From the human T2T-CHM13v2.0 reference genome, Homo sapiens: a DNA stretch of 64,000 bases. Made by a program: the position numbers and the translations under genes. The stretch lies in the NCBI RefSeq assembly GCF_009914755.1, contig NC_060932.1; one strand, 5' to 3'. Positions 48,897-61,734 of the stretch are shown in pieces. The first letter of the stretch is position 1. The number at the start of each line of letters is the position of its first letter. A model generated the notes under the pieces. It was not told the DNA's origin and searched no databases. It was given only the letters and a program-made list of their open reading frames with translations.

Positions 48897-49175
48897 GGCT
48901 GGGGGTGGTGGCTCACGCCTGTAATTCCAGCACTTTGGAAGACCAAGACAGGAGTATTGCTTGAGCCCAGGAGCTCTAGACCAGCCTGGGCAACGTGGCA
49001 AATCCCTGGTATGTGGCGTGTGCCTGTGATCCCAGTTACTTGGGAGGCTGAGGTGGGGCCCTCTTCAGATGAGTCTGGGAGGTCGAGACTGCAGTGAGAC
49101 AAGATCATGTCACTGCAATCTAGCCTGGGGGACAGAGTGAGACCCTGTCTCAGAAAAAAAAAAAAAAAAAAAAAA
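48897..49175 (+). mobile_element. AluJ lacking the middle A-rich linker
   Basis: Left monomer ..ggcaacgtggcaaatccct joined directly to ggtatgtggcgtgtgcctgt. Confidence 0.88.
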
Positions 49176-49526
49176 ACCACAGTGCTCTCCTCTCACTAGG
49201 TTATATGCTTAACATTTTAATAGAAGCCTTGGCTTAAAAGAGCGTCCTCTGAGTGTATCACATTTCAACTCCAAGAAAGCAGAAGCTATACCTTTGACTT
49301 GTTCTATAGACTGGCTTCTGAAAAAAGGCTAGACACTAACAGAAGCTATGCAGCCCTTGCCTAGCCCCTGGTGAAAGGGAAATGAAAGTGAGTCTTCATC
49401 ACAGGCCATTTGGAGTGCCTTTTCTCAAACAGTCACTCAGAGTTTGTCACCAGAACCTAGTATTCCAAACAGCCAACCCAAAGCTATCATCTTGTCAAAG
49501 ATGAAAATAAGCCAAGACTTCAGGGG

Positions 49527-50307
49527 TGTTTGACTCCCCAGAATGTCACCAGGAAACCTGTTAATAAAGTAAAAGCCACTGTATTTCTAGGCATTGCCAT
49601 AAGAGAGAACACTGCCATGACAGAGTCTCAGAAGGGGGCGGAGAGAAGTGAGATATTTTTGTGGCTTTGATGTCTCAGCTCAAGTGGTTAAATTGGGTCA
49701 TTCAAGGCAGGGGACTGACTGGGAAGATTTGTGATAAAAGACTTTAGATGCAGCAGCCACAGCAAAGCAAGAACCCTGAAGCAGGTCCTGATAAGTAAAA
49801 TTCGATTTAATAAGTGCTGTTGTCTAAATGTTTGTGTCCCCACACAATTCATATGTTAAACCCTAATCACCAATGTGATGGTGTTAGGAGAGGGAGCCTT
49901 TGGGAGGTGGTTAGGTCATGAGGGAGGGGCCCTCTTCAATGAGAGGAGTGCCCTTATAGGAAGAAACGTAAGACAGCAGCTGTGCCCCTTCTACCACGTG
50001 AGATTACAGGTAGGGGCACCATCTTTGTTCCAGGAAGAGGGCTCACCAGGCACCGAATCTGCCGGCACCTTGATCTTGGACTTCCCAGCCTCCAAAACTG
50101 TGACAAATACATTTCTGTTGTTTATAAGCCACCCAGTCTACGGTATTCTGTTACAGCAGCCGGAACAAACCAAGACAGTAAGTGAGCCATTTCCCCAGGT
50201 GAACGGACAGTTGTCTCCAATAACTGAAGTGTAGGGGCTTCCTGAAAAGAGCACTGAGGTTGTCTACAGGTTTGTAGTGTATGTCCTGGGAAATTTTTCT
50301 TGTAACA
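49527..50307 (-). mobile_element. MER67-like ERV1 LTR, split by MSTD
   Basis: Minus strand reads ...cagtcccctgccttgaatgaccc...tgagactctgtcatggcagtgttctctcttat...ggggagtcaaaca. Confidence 0.6.
49815..50177 (+). mobile_element. MSTD/MLT1A-like MaLR solo LTR
   Basis: aatgtttgtgtcccc..attcatatgtt..gatcttggacttcccagcctccaaaactgtg..aaccaagaca. TSD ataag/gtaag. Confidence 0.85.
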
Positions 50308-50636
50308 GATACCTGAGTCATGTTGTCACAAGCGATCTCAGCATTGCCACAGAACATCCTGTGTCTCAGGAAGCAAGAGAGAGGACTCAAACTCAGTGGC
50401 AACAGGAGAAAACACATATGCATGTGATCACATTGACTGACATATCCTCCTGCATTCTGTCCAAAAGGTGGCTTTGTTTTCTTTTGTTTTGTTTTTAAGG
50501 ATGACTTTTGCGTGGCTCTTTAATGAATTCTAACTATATGTAAGACTCAATGCTAAGTGTTTTGTACTAAAACCTGCTCATGCCTATGTGATCTTAGGCA
50601 AGTCACAATTTCTTGGAGCCTTCATTTCCTCAGCTA

Positions 50637-51135
<499 letters not shown>

Positions 51136-51851
51136 CTACCTGATAAATACAAAATGAACCAAATGAACCAAGCATGGTACCTGGAATTGCTCAATAAATT
51201 ACTTTCTTTCTCTTTCTGCAAGGGAGATTTTGAAAGTTTTGGAGAGGCAAGGCTAATAATTGAAAAGTTAACAGCAAATGTGAGACTCCACAAGACAACA
51301 AATCCAAGTGGGTCAAGTAGGCATGACGGGTAATCCACCGTGGAGGTCGTAGGGTGCCCACTGCTGACTTGAGAGACAGTCTTGGTGTTCTCTTCCAGTT
51401 CCTATTGAAAAGAGACCAAAATAGCATTTGCTTCCATCCCAAAACTCTCAGGAAAGACAAAAAACAAAAAAACAAAAAAAAAAAACTCATTGAATGAAAT
51501 GTGAGTCAGGTGTCCCTGGAGGAGTAAACCCCAGGTAAAGATGGTGATAAAGCTGTGGGGAGAGGGTGAGGCTTGTATAAAATATTTTTGTGGACACTCT
51601 AGGCAGTGGGGAGAAAACATCCAATGTGAGACCAGCAATGGGTTTGAAATGAAGAAGGCCAGCTTATGCAGTATAACCATTTCCCAGCACTGGTAAGTAT
51701 TCATTAAGTAAATGCTACTAAATAATTTAATCCTTACAAAAACACTATTGTAGCAGATAATAATATATTTGTCCCTTTTACAGAAGACAAAACTGAGCCA
51801 ATGTCAGAAACAGGATTCCACCTTAAGGCATCTAATACCAGAACCTGTGTG

Positions 51852-52140
51852 TTTTTTTTTTTTTTTTTAGACAGGGTCTCCTCTGTCACCCAAGCTGGAG
51901 TGCAGTGGCTCTATCTTGGCTCACTGAAACTTCTGCCTTCCGGGCTCAAGGGATCCTCCTACCTCAGCCTCCTGAGTAGCTGGAACTACCAGCACGTGCC
52001 ACTGTGCCCAGTTAATTTTTGGTAGAGAGGGAGTCTCACCATGTTGCTCAGGCTGGTTTCCCATTCCTGGACTCAAGCAATCCTCCCGCTTCAGCCTACC
52101 AATATGCTGGGATTACAGACATAAGCCACCGGACCCAGCT
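51852..52140 (-). mobile_element. AluJ
   Basis: Antisense dimer. TSD agaacctgtgt. Confidence 0.92.
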
Positions 52141-53987
52141 GAGAACCTGTGTTCTTAACCTTGATATTCATCGGCATATTAATGAACTACATATTTTTCA
52201 GTAAAGAGTTCATATATGAGTTTCTTTTTCAGAGATCAGGGAAAAAAAGGTCATATAGATGAACACATAGATAGGTAGTTGAACTTGTCTTACACACTTG
52301 TGTTTACCCCCTAATAAAAGAGTTTACTGATACGGCAATATTAAATTCTTTGGAGCAAATGTGGGTATCAAGATGGCTTCTAGATATGTTTCTAAAATGC
52401 CACACCCATAGGCGGCTATCACAAAAGGACACTGTCTACTACATGTCTATTTCCATAAAGAAGACAGAAGGATAAATAAGGCACGACCCCTTCTCTGTCA
52501 AAACTGAGAATCTAGTGGAAGAAATCCAACATATGTACAGGACCAGGCCCTTGGTAACTACTTGCACAATTGCACAGCACAGATTGCCAGGAGCCTAGGA
52601 ATCAAGGGAGAGCTGGAACAGCCAGGAGAACTTCAAGCAAGAAGTGAAAACTGCAAGATGTTCAGAATTTGAGACTGCACAGGAAATAAGAGAGGTGTAC
52701 TGGTATGGGGAACAAGAGTAGAGGGTTTGCTAACAGCAAGGAGGTGTCTAATTTAAGGAGGAGGGGGCTCATGTGTGGGGCTGTTGGCGAGGGCACAATG
52801 ATAGACTCAGAGGAAGTCTACCCTAAAGTGTCCTGGGACCAGCGGCCTCTGATGTAGCCCCTCTCTAAATGCCCACAAAGACACAGAGGAAGACGAAAAC
52901 TGAAAAAAACAGTGAACACTAGAACTGATGGCTAATCTATTTCCACAGTCTGGTAGAAATTTCCACTGACTATAAAGCAGGTGGAACTGAACTGAAAAAC
53001 TCTCCATCCACCTGATGTTGGCAGTAACAGAGCAATCTTATCTTTCTTAAAGAAGGTGGTTGAATTCCTCACCTCTATCCCATCACCTGGCCCCTGGCTA
53101 GAAAAACACCACACCACCAATTAGCTCTGTATTTATTGCACCAAGCTTTTTTGATGCATACATTACCTCTTTCTATATCCAGTCAAGGGCTATAGCATCC
53201 AGAAATCATATCAGTAGTAGGAAGAGGCCCTTGAAAGTGGATATGCTGGGAGATATGACCCCCTCAAAGAAAGCATTAAAGGAGAAGCTGGAGGCTTAAT
53301 GCTCACCTGGGTCATGCATCCTTACAAACGGAGTGTATGTGTGTGTAACGGGGAGTGTGTATGATCTCTGGGCCATAGAAATAAGAGAAATTTTCTCTCA
53401 TTCTAGGGGAGTAACACTGAAGGAAAGCCTGCAAACACTGTGAAATTTGATGCCCAAAATACAGTTTAACCAGTGCGTATTATAGACAGAGTGGGGCCAA
53501 CAACAATCTACAAAGCTCATCAGGATAGGTTTATCCCTCTTGTTCGAGTGAAAAAGATGAAAAATACTGGCAAGATATCTAAGTAGGGAAAAATGCTGAG
53601 ATCAAGGAAAATAGAACTGATGATTTTTTAAAATCCTCTAAAATTATTTGCTATTTCAACTGAATGAAAATCCTTAGAAAATTAATTTAGTATTTATAAG
53701 AGGGAAAGAACAGATTCTGACAAAAGAATGACAGAATTATCTAAATGAGGTGAAGATTTCAAGGAAACGAAAAATGCAAGATCAGGATTAAATGTAGGCA
53801 GTGAAGAGCAGAAAAGCCATTGGGAAAGGGGCTGAAAGAGTTACTTGTAAAACAAACCTAAAGAACACCCCAAAATTTAAATACAGAGAACCAAGAACTT
53901 CTTTTAAAATTAAACCTAAGATTGTGAATCTAGAGGAAAGGAAAGGAAATTCTCGCCTGAGAAGCACGAGCTTGCAAATGTGCTCGC

Positions 53988-54697
53988 TGTAGTTCCTGCT
54001 CCTCCTTGGATTTGTTTGGTGCCTCTGGCCCCAAGGATGCTTGGCCACTTGCTCATCTCCTGACCCCATCACTGCCTCACGTCCCAAGAGGCGAGCGCCA
54101 CTCCTCCGTTGGTAAGAGTAGGCCAGGCCTCCACAGATCACTGTGACTGAAGCCAGGCAGCTCTCAGCAGCCAGGCCAGATCCCATCTGACCCCAGAGGC
54201 CCTGATCCTCCTTCCTGCACTTCTGAACCCCAATGGCACACCCTGATTCAGGGGACTGGGTGTGGCTTCCCCAGTGGCTGCTGGAAGAGGCAGCACATCA
54301 GGACCTGGAAAGGAGAGAAAGTTAACACCCAAGGAGGAACTCCGAGCAATGAAAGGCAAGAGACTGTAAGGAGCAACAGATCGATTTCTCTCTCATTCTG
54401 CACCCAATGATGGTTCCAAGGTGCAGCGGTACCGCAGCAACTCTGGAAGACGTGCTCATAACCAAGGGAAGAGTGGTGGTTCTAAGGTGCAGTGGTCCCA
54501 TGGCACCTCTGGAAGACACACTTATAATCAAGGAATGAGAAGCTACAGCCAGCTCTGTCACTCGCCAACTTATATTTGCTTTCTTTCTCTTCTTGCCTTG
54601 CCCTCAGCCTTGCCTTCCTGGGATCATACTTTCCATGAGGCTTTAGCATATAAGCTTTATCTCAGGCTCTGTTTTCTAGAAAACCCAGACAAGGACA
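53988..54697 (+). mobile_element. Old ERVL LTR (LTR33/40/41 class)
   Basis: TG start. 3' end gcttt..ctcaggctctgttttctagaaaacccagacaaggaca is typical of ERVL LTRs. Flanked by degenerate L1 ORF1/HAL1-like sequence. Confidence 0.55.
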
Positions 54698-55387
54698 AAG
54701 ACCATGCAGATAAAAGGTTTCACAACAAGGATTAGTGAAAAGAGAGTTTATATAAAAGACAGATGTTTGATTTGTAATTTTTATGCAAATATTAGATAAA
54801 GAAAAGGTAAGACAAGATTTCAGTCCGGGAAAAAAAATAAGCGTTTTTAAAAACGTTATGTAAATTGAGGAAAACCCCTTGACTTCATATTTCTCTACAA
54901 AAATAAATGCCGAAAGACAGTCTAGCCACTTATACAGACTCCTAAGGGAGAACTTTGTGTCCACAGAATTTTTCAATAGCCCCTGTGTTTTTCACATGTG
55001 ACTTTTCAGATATTCAGATATATATCTCATATGTATATTTCCTTATATGTTTATTGACAACTAAACTGATGATTCAGTCTAGCCAACCAATAAATGAATT
55101 AATATTCACCAATAAATATTTTAACCAATAAATTTTTGCCAATAAACATTCATTTACTGGTGAAAACGAAATTTAGGTGAAAAGGGATTGGCATTCTTTT
55201 GTTATCATCGAAAGACCAACTAAAGCAAGATTAGAGAGGCAGCATGGAGAGAAGGCCATATTTGCAAAAAAAAAAAAAAAAAAAAGAATATAGAAAGGAA
55301 GGGAGGCTGTTCTATTTGTAGTTTCAACATACGATATGCAGATGGTCTCTTACAATGGTTTGACAAGAGTTTTTGACTTTACAATAG

Positions 55388-55733
<346 letters not shown>

Positions 55734-55904
55734 TGAATTTTGAATTTTGATCTTTTCCTGGGCTAGCAATATGCTGTAAGATACCCTCATGACACTGGGT
55801 AGCAGCAGCAAGCTGGAGCTCTCAGCCAGCCATGCTATCACAAAGATGAACCACTAATACTATGCCTTACAGTGTACTGTATTCATTCAATCACATGAGC
55901 CATT

Positions 55905-56268
55905 TGTGGAATCCTGATAAGATAAGGTAGCAAGGAGGGAACCCCAGGGTAGGGGGGAGCAATTGTTCTGAGAGACAGCTAACCACAAACTACTCCTTAG
56001 CACAACATCCTGTTCCCAAATACCTTGCTCTTCATGTAGCCCTAGCACCATAGCCTTATCTGCTTGTAGCCTCTCCAGCATGACCCTATAAACCTTCCCT
56101 CCAGCCTCTGCCTCTATGCAGACAGCCCCTTCTCTGCTGTGCTATCCATTGCACTCTGGCAACATATCTTTATACTTTCTCTTATAAATCTGCCTTTCTT
56201 TACCCATGACTGTTGGTAAATTCTTTTACTGACTGCAAGGCTGGGCCCAGTCAATCACACCTGCAACA
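55905..56268 (+). mobile_element. MER83-like ERV1 solo LTR
   Basis: tgtggaatcctgataag...gaccctataaaccttccctccagcc...ataaatctgcctttcttt...gcaaca. Confidence 0.65.
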
Positions 56269-56591
56269 ATATTTATTATAAAATGGGCTTTGTGTTAGAA
56301 GATTTTGCTCACCTGTAGTCTAATGCAAGTGTTCTGAGAACATGTAAGGTCATCTGGGCTAAGATATGACACTCAGAAGATTAGTTGAGTCAAATGCATG
56401 TTTGACCTATGACATTTTCAATTTACAATGGGTATATTGAGACGTAATCCCATCATGAGTTGAAGAACTTCTGTATATTTATGAATCTGTGAAATCTTAG
56501 TAGCACAACAGTCTTGGCATAGAAAGTAATCTATATAAAACATTAAAGAAGAGAAGGAACTGTACATGTTTCTCAAAAGGAGAAATGAGGC

Positions 56592-57361
56592 CTTTTTTTA
56601 ACTTTTAAGTTCAGGGGTACGTGTGCAGGTTTGTTATCCAGGTAAACTAATGTCATGGGGATTTGTTGTACAGATTATTTCATTACCTAGGTACTAAGCA
56701 TAGTACTCTAGTTATTTTTTCTGCTCCTCTCCCTCTTCCCACCCAACCACCTTCAAGTAGGCCCACCTTCAAGTCTGCTGTTCCTCTCTTTGTTTCTGTG
56801 TGCTCTCATCATTTAGCTCCCACTTATACGTGAGAACATGTGGTATTTGATTTTTGTTCCTGCATTAGTATGCTAAGGATAATGGTCATCAGCTCTGTCC
56901 ATGCTCCTGCAAAGAATATGAGCTCATTCTTTTTTATGGCTGCATAGTATTCCATGATGAATGTGTACCACATTTTCTTTATCCAGTCTGCTACCAATGG
57001 GCATTAAGGTTCATTTCATGTCTTTGCTATTACGAATAGTGCTGCAATGAACAGACATATGCATGTGTCTTTATAACAGAATGATTTATATTCCTTTGGA
57101 TATATACCTAGTAATAGGATTGCTGGGTCAAATGGTAGTTCTGTTTTTAGATCTTTGAAGAATCGCCACACTGTCTTCCACAATGGTTGAACTAAGTTAC
57201 ACTCTCACCAGCAGTGTATAAGTGTTCCTCACCAGCATCTGTTATTTTCTGACTTTTTAGTAATAGCCATTCTGACTGGTGTGAGATGGTATCTCACTGT
57301 GGTTTTGATTTGCATTTCTGTAATGATCAGTGATGTTGAGCATTTTTTTTTCTAAAATATT

Positions 57362-57396
<35 letters not shown>

Positions 57397-58800
57397 TTTT
57401 TTTAGTATTTATTGATCATTCTTGGGTGTTTCTCAGAGAGGGGGATTTGGCAGGGTCATAGGACAATAGTGGAGGGAAGGTCAGCAGATAAACAAGTGAA
57501 CAAGGGTCTCTGGTTTTCCTAGGCAGAGGACCCTGCGGCCTTCCGCAGTGTTTGTGTCCCCGGGTACTTGAGATTAGGGAGTGGTGATGACTCTTAATGA
57601 GCATGCTGCCTTCAAGCATCTGTTTAACAAAGCACATCTTGCACCGCCCTTAATCCATTTAACCCTGAGTGGACACAGCACATGTTTCAGAGAGCACGGG
57701 GCTGGGGGTAAGGTTATAGATTAACAGCATCCCAAGGCAGAAGAATTTTTCTTAGTACAGAACAAAATGGAGTCTCCTACGTCTACTTCCCTCTACACAG
57801 ACACAGCAACAATCTGATTTCTCTATCTTTTCCCCACATTTCCCCCTTTTCTATTCTACAAAACCGCCATCATCATCATGGCCCGTTCTCAATGAGCTGT
57901 TGGGTACACCTCCCAGACGGGGTGGCTGCCAGGCAGAGGGGCTCCTCACCTCCCAGATGGGGTCGCGGCCAGGCAGAGGTGCTCCTAACATCCCAGACGG
58001 GGTGGCGGGGCAGAGGCACTTCCCACATCTCAGACGATGGGCGGCCGGGCAGAGACGCTCCTCACTTCCTAGATGGGATGGCGGCCGGGAAGAGGCGCTT
58101 CTCACTTCCCAGACTGGGCGGCCGGGCAGAGGGGCTTCTCACATCCCAGACGATGGGCGGCCAGGCAGAGATGCTCCTCACTTCCCAGATGGGGTGGCGG
58201 CCGCGATGTTGAGCATTTTTTCATACGCTTGTTGGCTGCATGTACATATTCTTTTGGAAAGCGTCTGTTCATGTCTTTTGCCCACTTTTTAATGGGGTTG
58301 TTTGTTTCCTGTAAATTTGTTAAAGTTCCTTATAGATGCTGGATATTAGAGCTTTGTCAGACACATAGTTTGCAAAAATTTTCTCCCATTCTCTAGGTTG
58401 TCTGGTACTTTGTTGATAGTTTCTTTTGCTATGAAGAAGCTCTTAAGTTTAATTAGATTCCATTTGTCAATTTTTGCTTTTGTTGCAAATGCTTTTGGCA
58501 TCCCCCTCATGAAATCTTTGCCAGTTCCTATGTCCAGAATGGTGTTGCTTAGGTTGTCTTCTGAGTTTTTGTAGTTTGGGGTTTTACATTTAAGTCTTTA
58601 ATCTTCTTGAGTTTATTTTTTTGTATGGCGTAAGGAAGGGGTCCAGTTTCAATCTTCTGCATAATGGCTAGCCAATTATTCCAGCACCATTTATTGAGTA
58701 GGGAGTTCTTTCTCCATTGCTTCTTTGTGTCAGCTTTATCTAAGATCAGATGGTTATAGATATGTGGCCCTATTTCTGAGCTCTGTACTCTGTTCCACTG
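56592..58800 (-). mobile_element. L1PA15/16-like 3' fragment hosting the SVA
   Basis: ttttaagttcaggggtac..ggtactaagcatagtac 3'UTR. ORF2 motifs KWCWNNWLAI in the 58549-58938 ORF. Confidence 0.85.
57349..58204 (-). mobile_element. SVA retrotransposon (older, B/C-like), 5'-truncated within the VNTR
   Basis: SINE-R (gatcattcttgggtgtttctc...caagcatctgtttaacaaagcac), GC-rich VNTR units (ctcctcacttcccagacggggtggcgg), (TTTA)n tail. 17-bp TSD gatgttgagcatttttt at 57332-57348 and 58205-58221. Confidence 0.96.
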
Positions 58801-58849
58801 GAGACCTTTCTTTTTTAAAGGTAGAGAAATGCTGTGTAAGAGAGAGAAT

Positions 58850-59066
58850 AGAAACCAGGAGTCAAATGACACAAGACTGACTCCATGCTCTACTGCTAAT
58901 TGTATATGTTTGGGCATGTTGTCTAGCAGAATGAGCATTCATTTCTTTATTTTTAAAATCAAGATAATAATTAAACCTACCTCGCAGGTTTATTGCAAGC
59001 ACAAATTAAATAATGGGTGCTAAAAGCTTTCACAAAATGCTATAGAAATGTAAGAAATTATTATTA
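58850..59066 (+). mobile_element. MIR
   Basis: aaaatcaagataataattaaacctacctcgcaggtttattgcaag...tgctatagaaatgtaag. Confidence 0.7.
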
Positions 59067-61734
59067 ATAGAGATTTGTACCTACAAGTTCTCTACCAGAA
59101 ACTCCTAATAGACTGTTTTTTCTAGGAATGTCCCTGTTGTTACAGCATTTTGTCTTGTCTCTATCTATGAACAAAGAATATGAAGATGAAAAATAAATAT
59201 CCCTTTCTGATCTTAAAACAGTTCTGGATGTAGCTAAATAAAACCAGCTAGAACTAACAACAAATATTTTCCTGATAGACATAAAATAGCAACTCTTTGG
59301 ACTGGTTTGCAGGTTATCTGAAGCCTAACCCACCCTATTTTTGCAAACTTATTTTTTATTCATTTCCTATATGAACCACTAAATTCAGTCCTCCTGTCAA
59401 CCCTCTCCATAGACGCATCCTTACTGACACGGTGGGACTCATTGCAGATGCCACTGCAGCCTGTGATCACCTACCCCTGTTGCCTCATGACAGCTGCAGC
59501 AGCTCACAGTTGTCTGTGGTGGCCTTTGCTGCCATTGCCATTGCTGGCTTCAAGAGTCAAGAGTCCATGAGCTTCCTGCTCCTGTTAACTGGGACAGCAG
59601 AATCTCACAGTGACTTCTCTCTGTCTTTCACATTTTCATCTCTTGCCAGTAGATGTCTTAGAAATGTAGTTTTCAGACTTCCAGCCCCTGGAATCTAGAA
59701 GAGATTACTAAAGACCATAAATGAAGCCCAAAATGTTTCAGTCCAATACCAACGACCAAGTGTTAAAATTAACATTTGACTAATGTCAAAATAGTGCTCT
59801 CATAGAATGAACTTATGAGATATAGAGTTGGCCTGGAACAGTGTTCAAAAAATTAATTATTACATTCTTATTATGAGAAGTTTTAGTAGTAAATCTTAAA
59901 AGTTTAATATTATGCTGCAGAAACAATAATAGTTTGTAAATTGGTGTTCACTTTCAATCAAGGCTGGTGAAAGAAGAAGCTGGATATTTGGGAGTATCTT
60001 ATTTTGCTGTCACATTTTAATCTTTTCTAAATACTTTTCACAATTTGTATTATGTTTGGGTCAAAGATAATTAATCATAATAATCATAGTATATGACTTT
60101 AGAGTTTCCATTTCATGAAACTTTGGGTTTACAAAGATGGCAATCTGTCTGGCTTCTCCTTCACAAAATGTGAAAGAATCCCAAATGGTACTTTGTCTTA
60201 AAAGAATTCGTGGCCCCCATGAAATTAAGTGACAAATATTGATAGAGTTTTTCAAGGTCCTTAAATGTCGTGAATGACACCAATCAATTATATAAAGATT
60301 GGAATATCATATAATATCATAGCTATGATTCTGTGTTGTATTATTACTTAAATGCTTATAAGCATTGGTTGCCTCAAAAAATATGTAAGCATCCTTCATA
60401 GTTATCCATCTAACGTACTATCCCTTAAATTTGTATAATGATCAACATATTTCTTTGTTTATTTAAAAGTTTGAAAGTACTTGATAATTTTCATATCAAA
60501 TGAACAGCTTTTCATAAGTGATTAATTATTGCAGCATTTGACTGATAGAATACAATGTCAACATATAAAGGACATAAAGAGATTTTGTACTCCAGGTTAC
60601 ATCTATAGTGCTTTTTGTGAAAGTGAATGTTCACACATTAATAATAAATTGAAGTCATATGCCAAGTTAATATGAATAACATTCAGTGTGTTGTTGATCT
60701 GTGTGATCTCACAGTCATTGATTGCACACAAGTTCAGAGATGGCAGAAATGACACTGCAGTCAGCATGGAGCTCTTCGACTTTCCAAAGTTCCCAGTCAA
60801 AGCCAAACAACAGATTTTTGGAAGAATATCAAGGCAGAAGCCAAACTTTGATGTATCATAAGCTATGAATGAGTTTTATTTTCTGTTTCAGTTCTTTTAC
60901 TCAAAAACCTCATTTGAGCACATACTTGCCTAGAATTGGCCATACCAAACGAGAGCAGCTTGTTGATGAAGTAAGGGCAATTTCTTCTCCTAAAGAAAAG
61001 CGAGGTTCCATAGGAAGAACCTGGCTTCATTTCCAATCCATCAGGCAACTTCCTGACTGTCCTCAGATCTTTTACACGCACCACTGGCAGCCACAGAATA
61101 TAAGATATCTAAGCTTCCAGATCACTTGCTCAAGTTTTCAAGCCAGGAAAACTTTCTTGGTAGAATATGCAAACAGCAAGTGTAAAAGACTAAGTGATGT
61201 GTCTCTGAAAAACCTCTTGTGAAAATGCCTAAATGTCTCCAAAGATGTTTTCTGTTCCTTTTCTTCTCTTCCCACCATTCACTTAAAAAATTCTCCTTTT
61301 AATCACAAGAAGTAATTTGGGGGAAAGCATTTCTCAGAGACATCCACAGAGGAAGGCAAAAGAGGATGTTTTAGATCTGCGGCAGAGAAGCAGTTGAAGT
61401 TTATGACCATCACCATCTCATGTGTACTTGAGGTTTCATATTCTTCCAGTTTCACTCTGAGAGGACCCTCTACTCTCCTGATCTGAGACTGATTAGACAT
61501 TGACCCATCCTGACCTTGAAGCTGAGCCAAGGGACTTCCTTGAATGGGTATGAAGCCAAAGACTAATTCCACCGAATATCCTTCCTTGCCTGGCAGGTCA
61601 CTCCATGAGGACATCAAAAGCACATTGAGTAAGAAAAGGAAGTCACTAGAGGTTTGGATGGGAGAAGACAGTGAGCTAAATTGCCTTAGTTGGCCAATTG
61701 GCCTGTAAGTGAAATCCAGCCAGCTGCCTGGTTT

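Noticed and set aside
56747-56775. 12-bp repeat ccaccttcaagt in the L1PA 3'UTR
   Set aside because: Small local slippage or templated duplication with no functional cue.
57416-58396. Overlapping ORFs and ~40-bp repeats resembling a CRISPR array or repeat protein
   Set aside because: These are SVA SINE-R and VNTR units. There are no unique spacers and the context is eukaryotic.
61303-61623. 106-aa ORF in unique sequence
   Set aside because: Non-ATG start, no recognisable domain and no clear splice boundaries. Length is compatible with chance.
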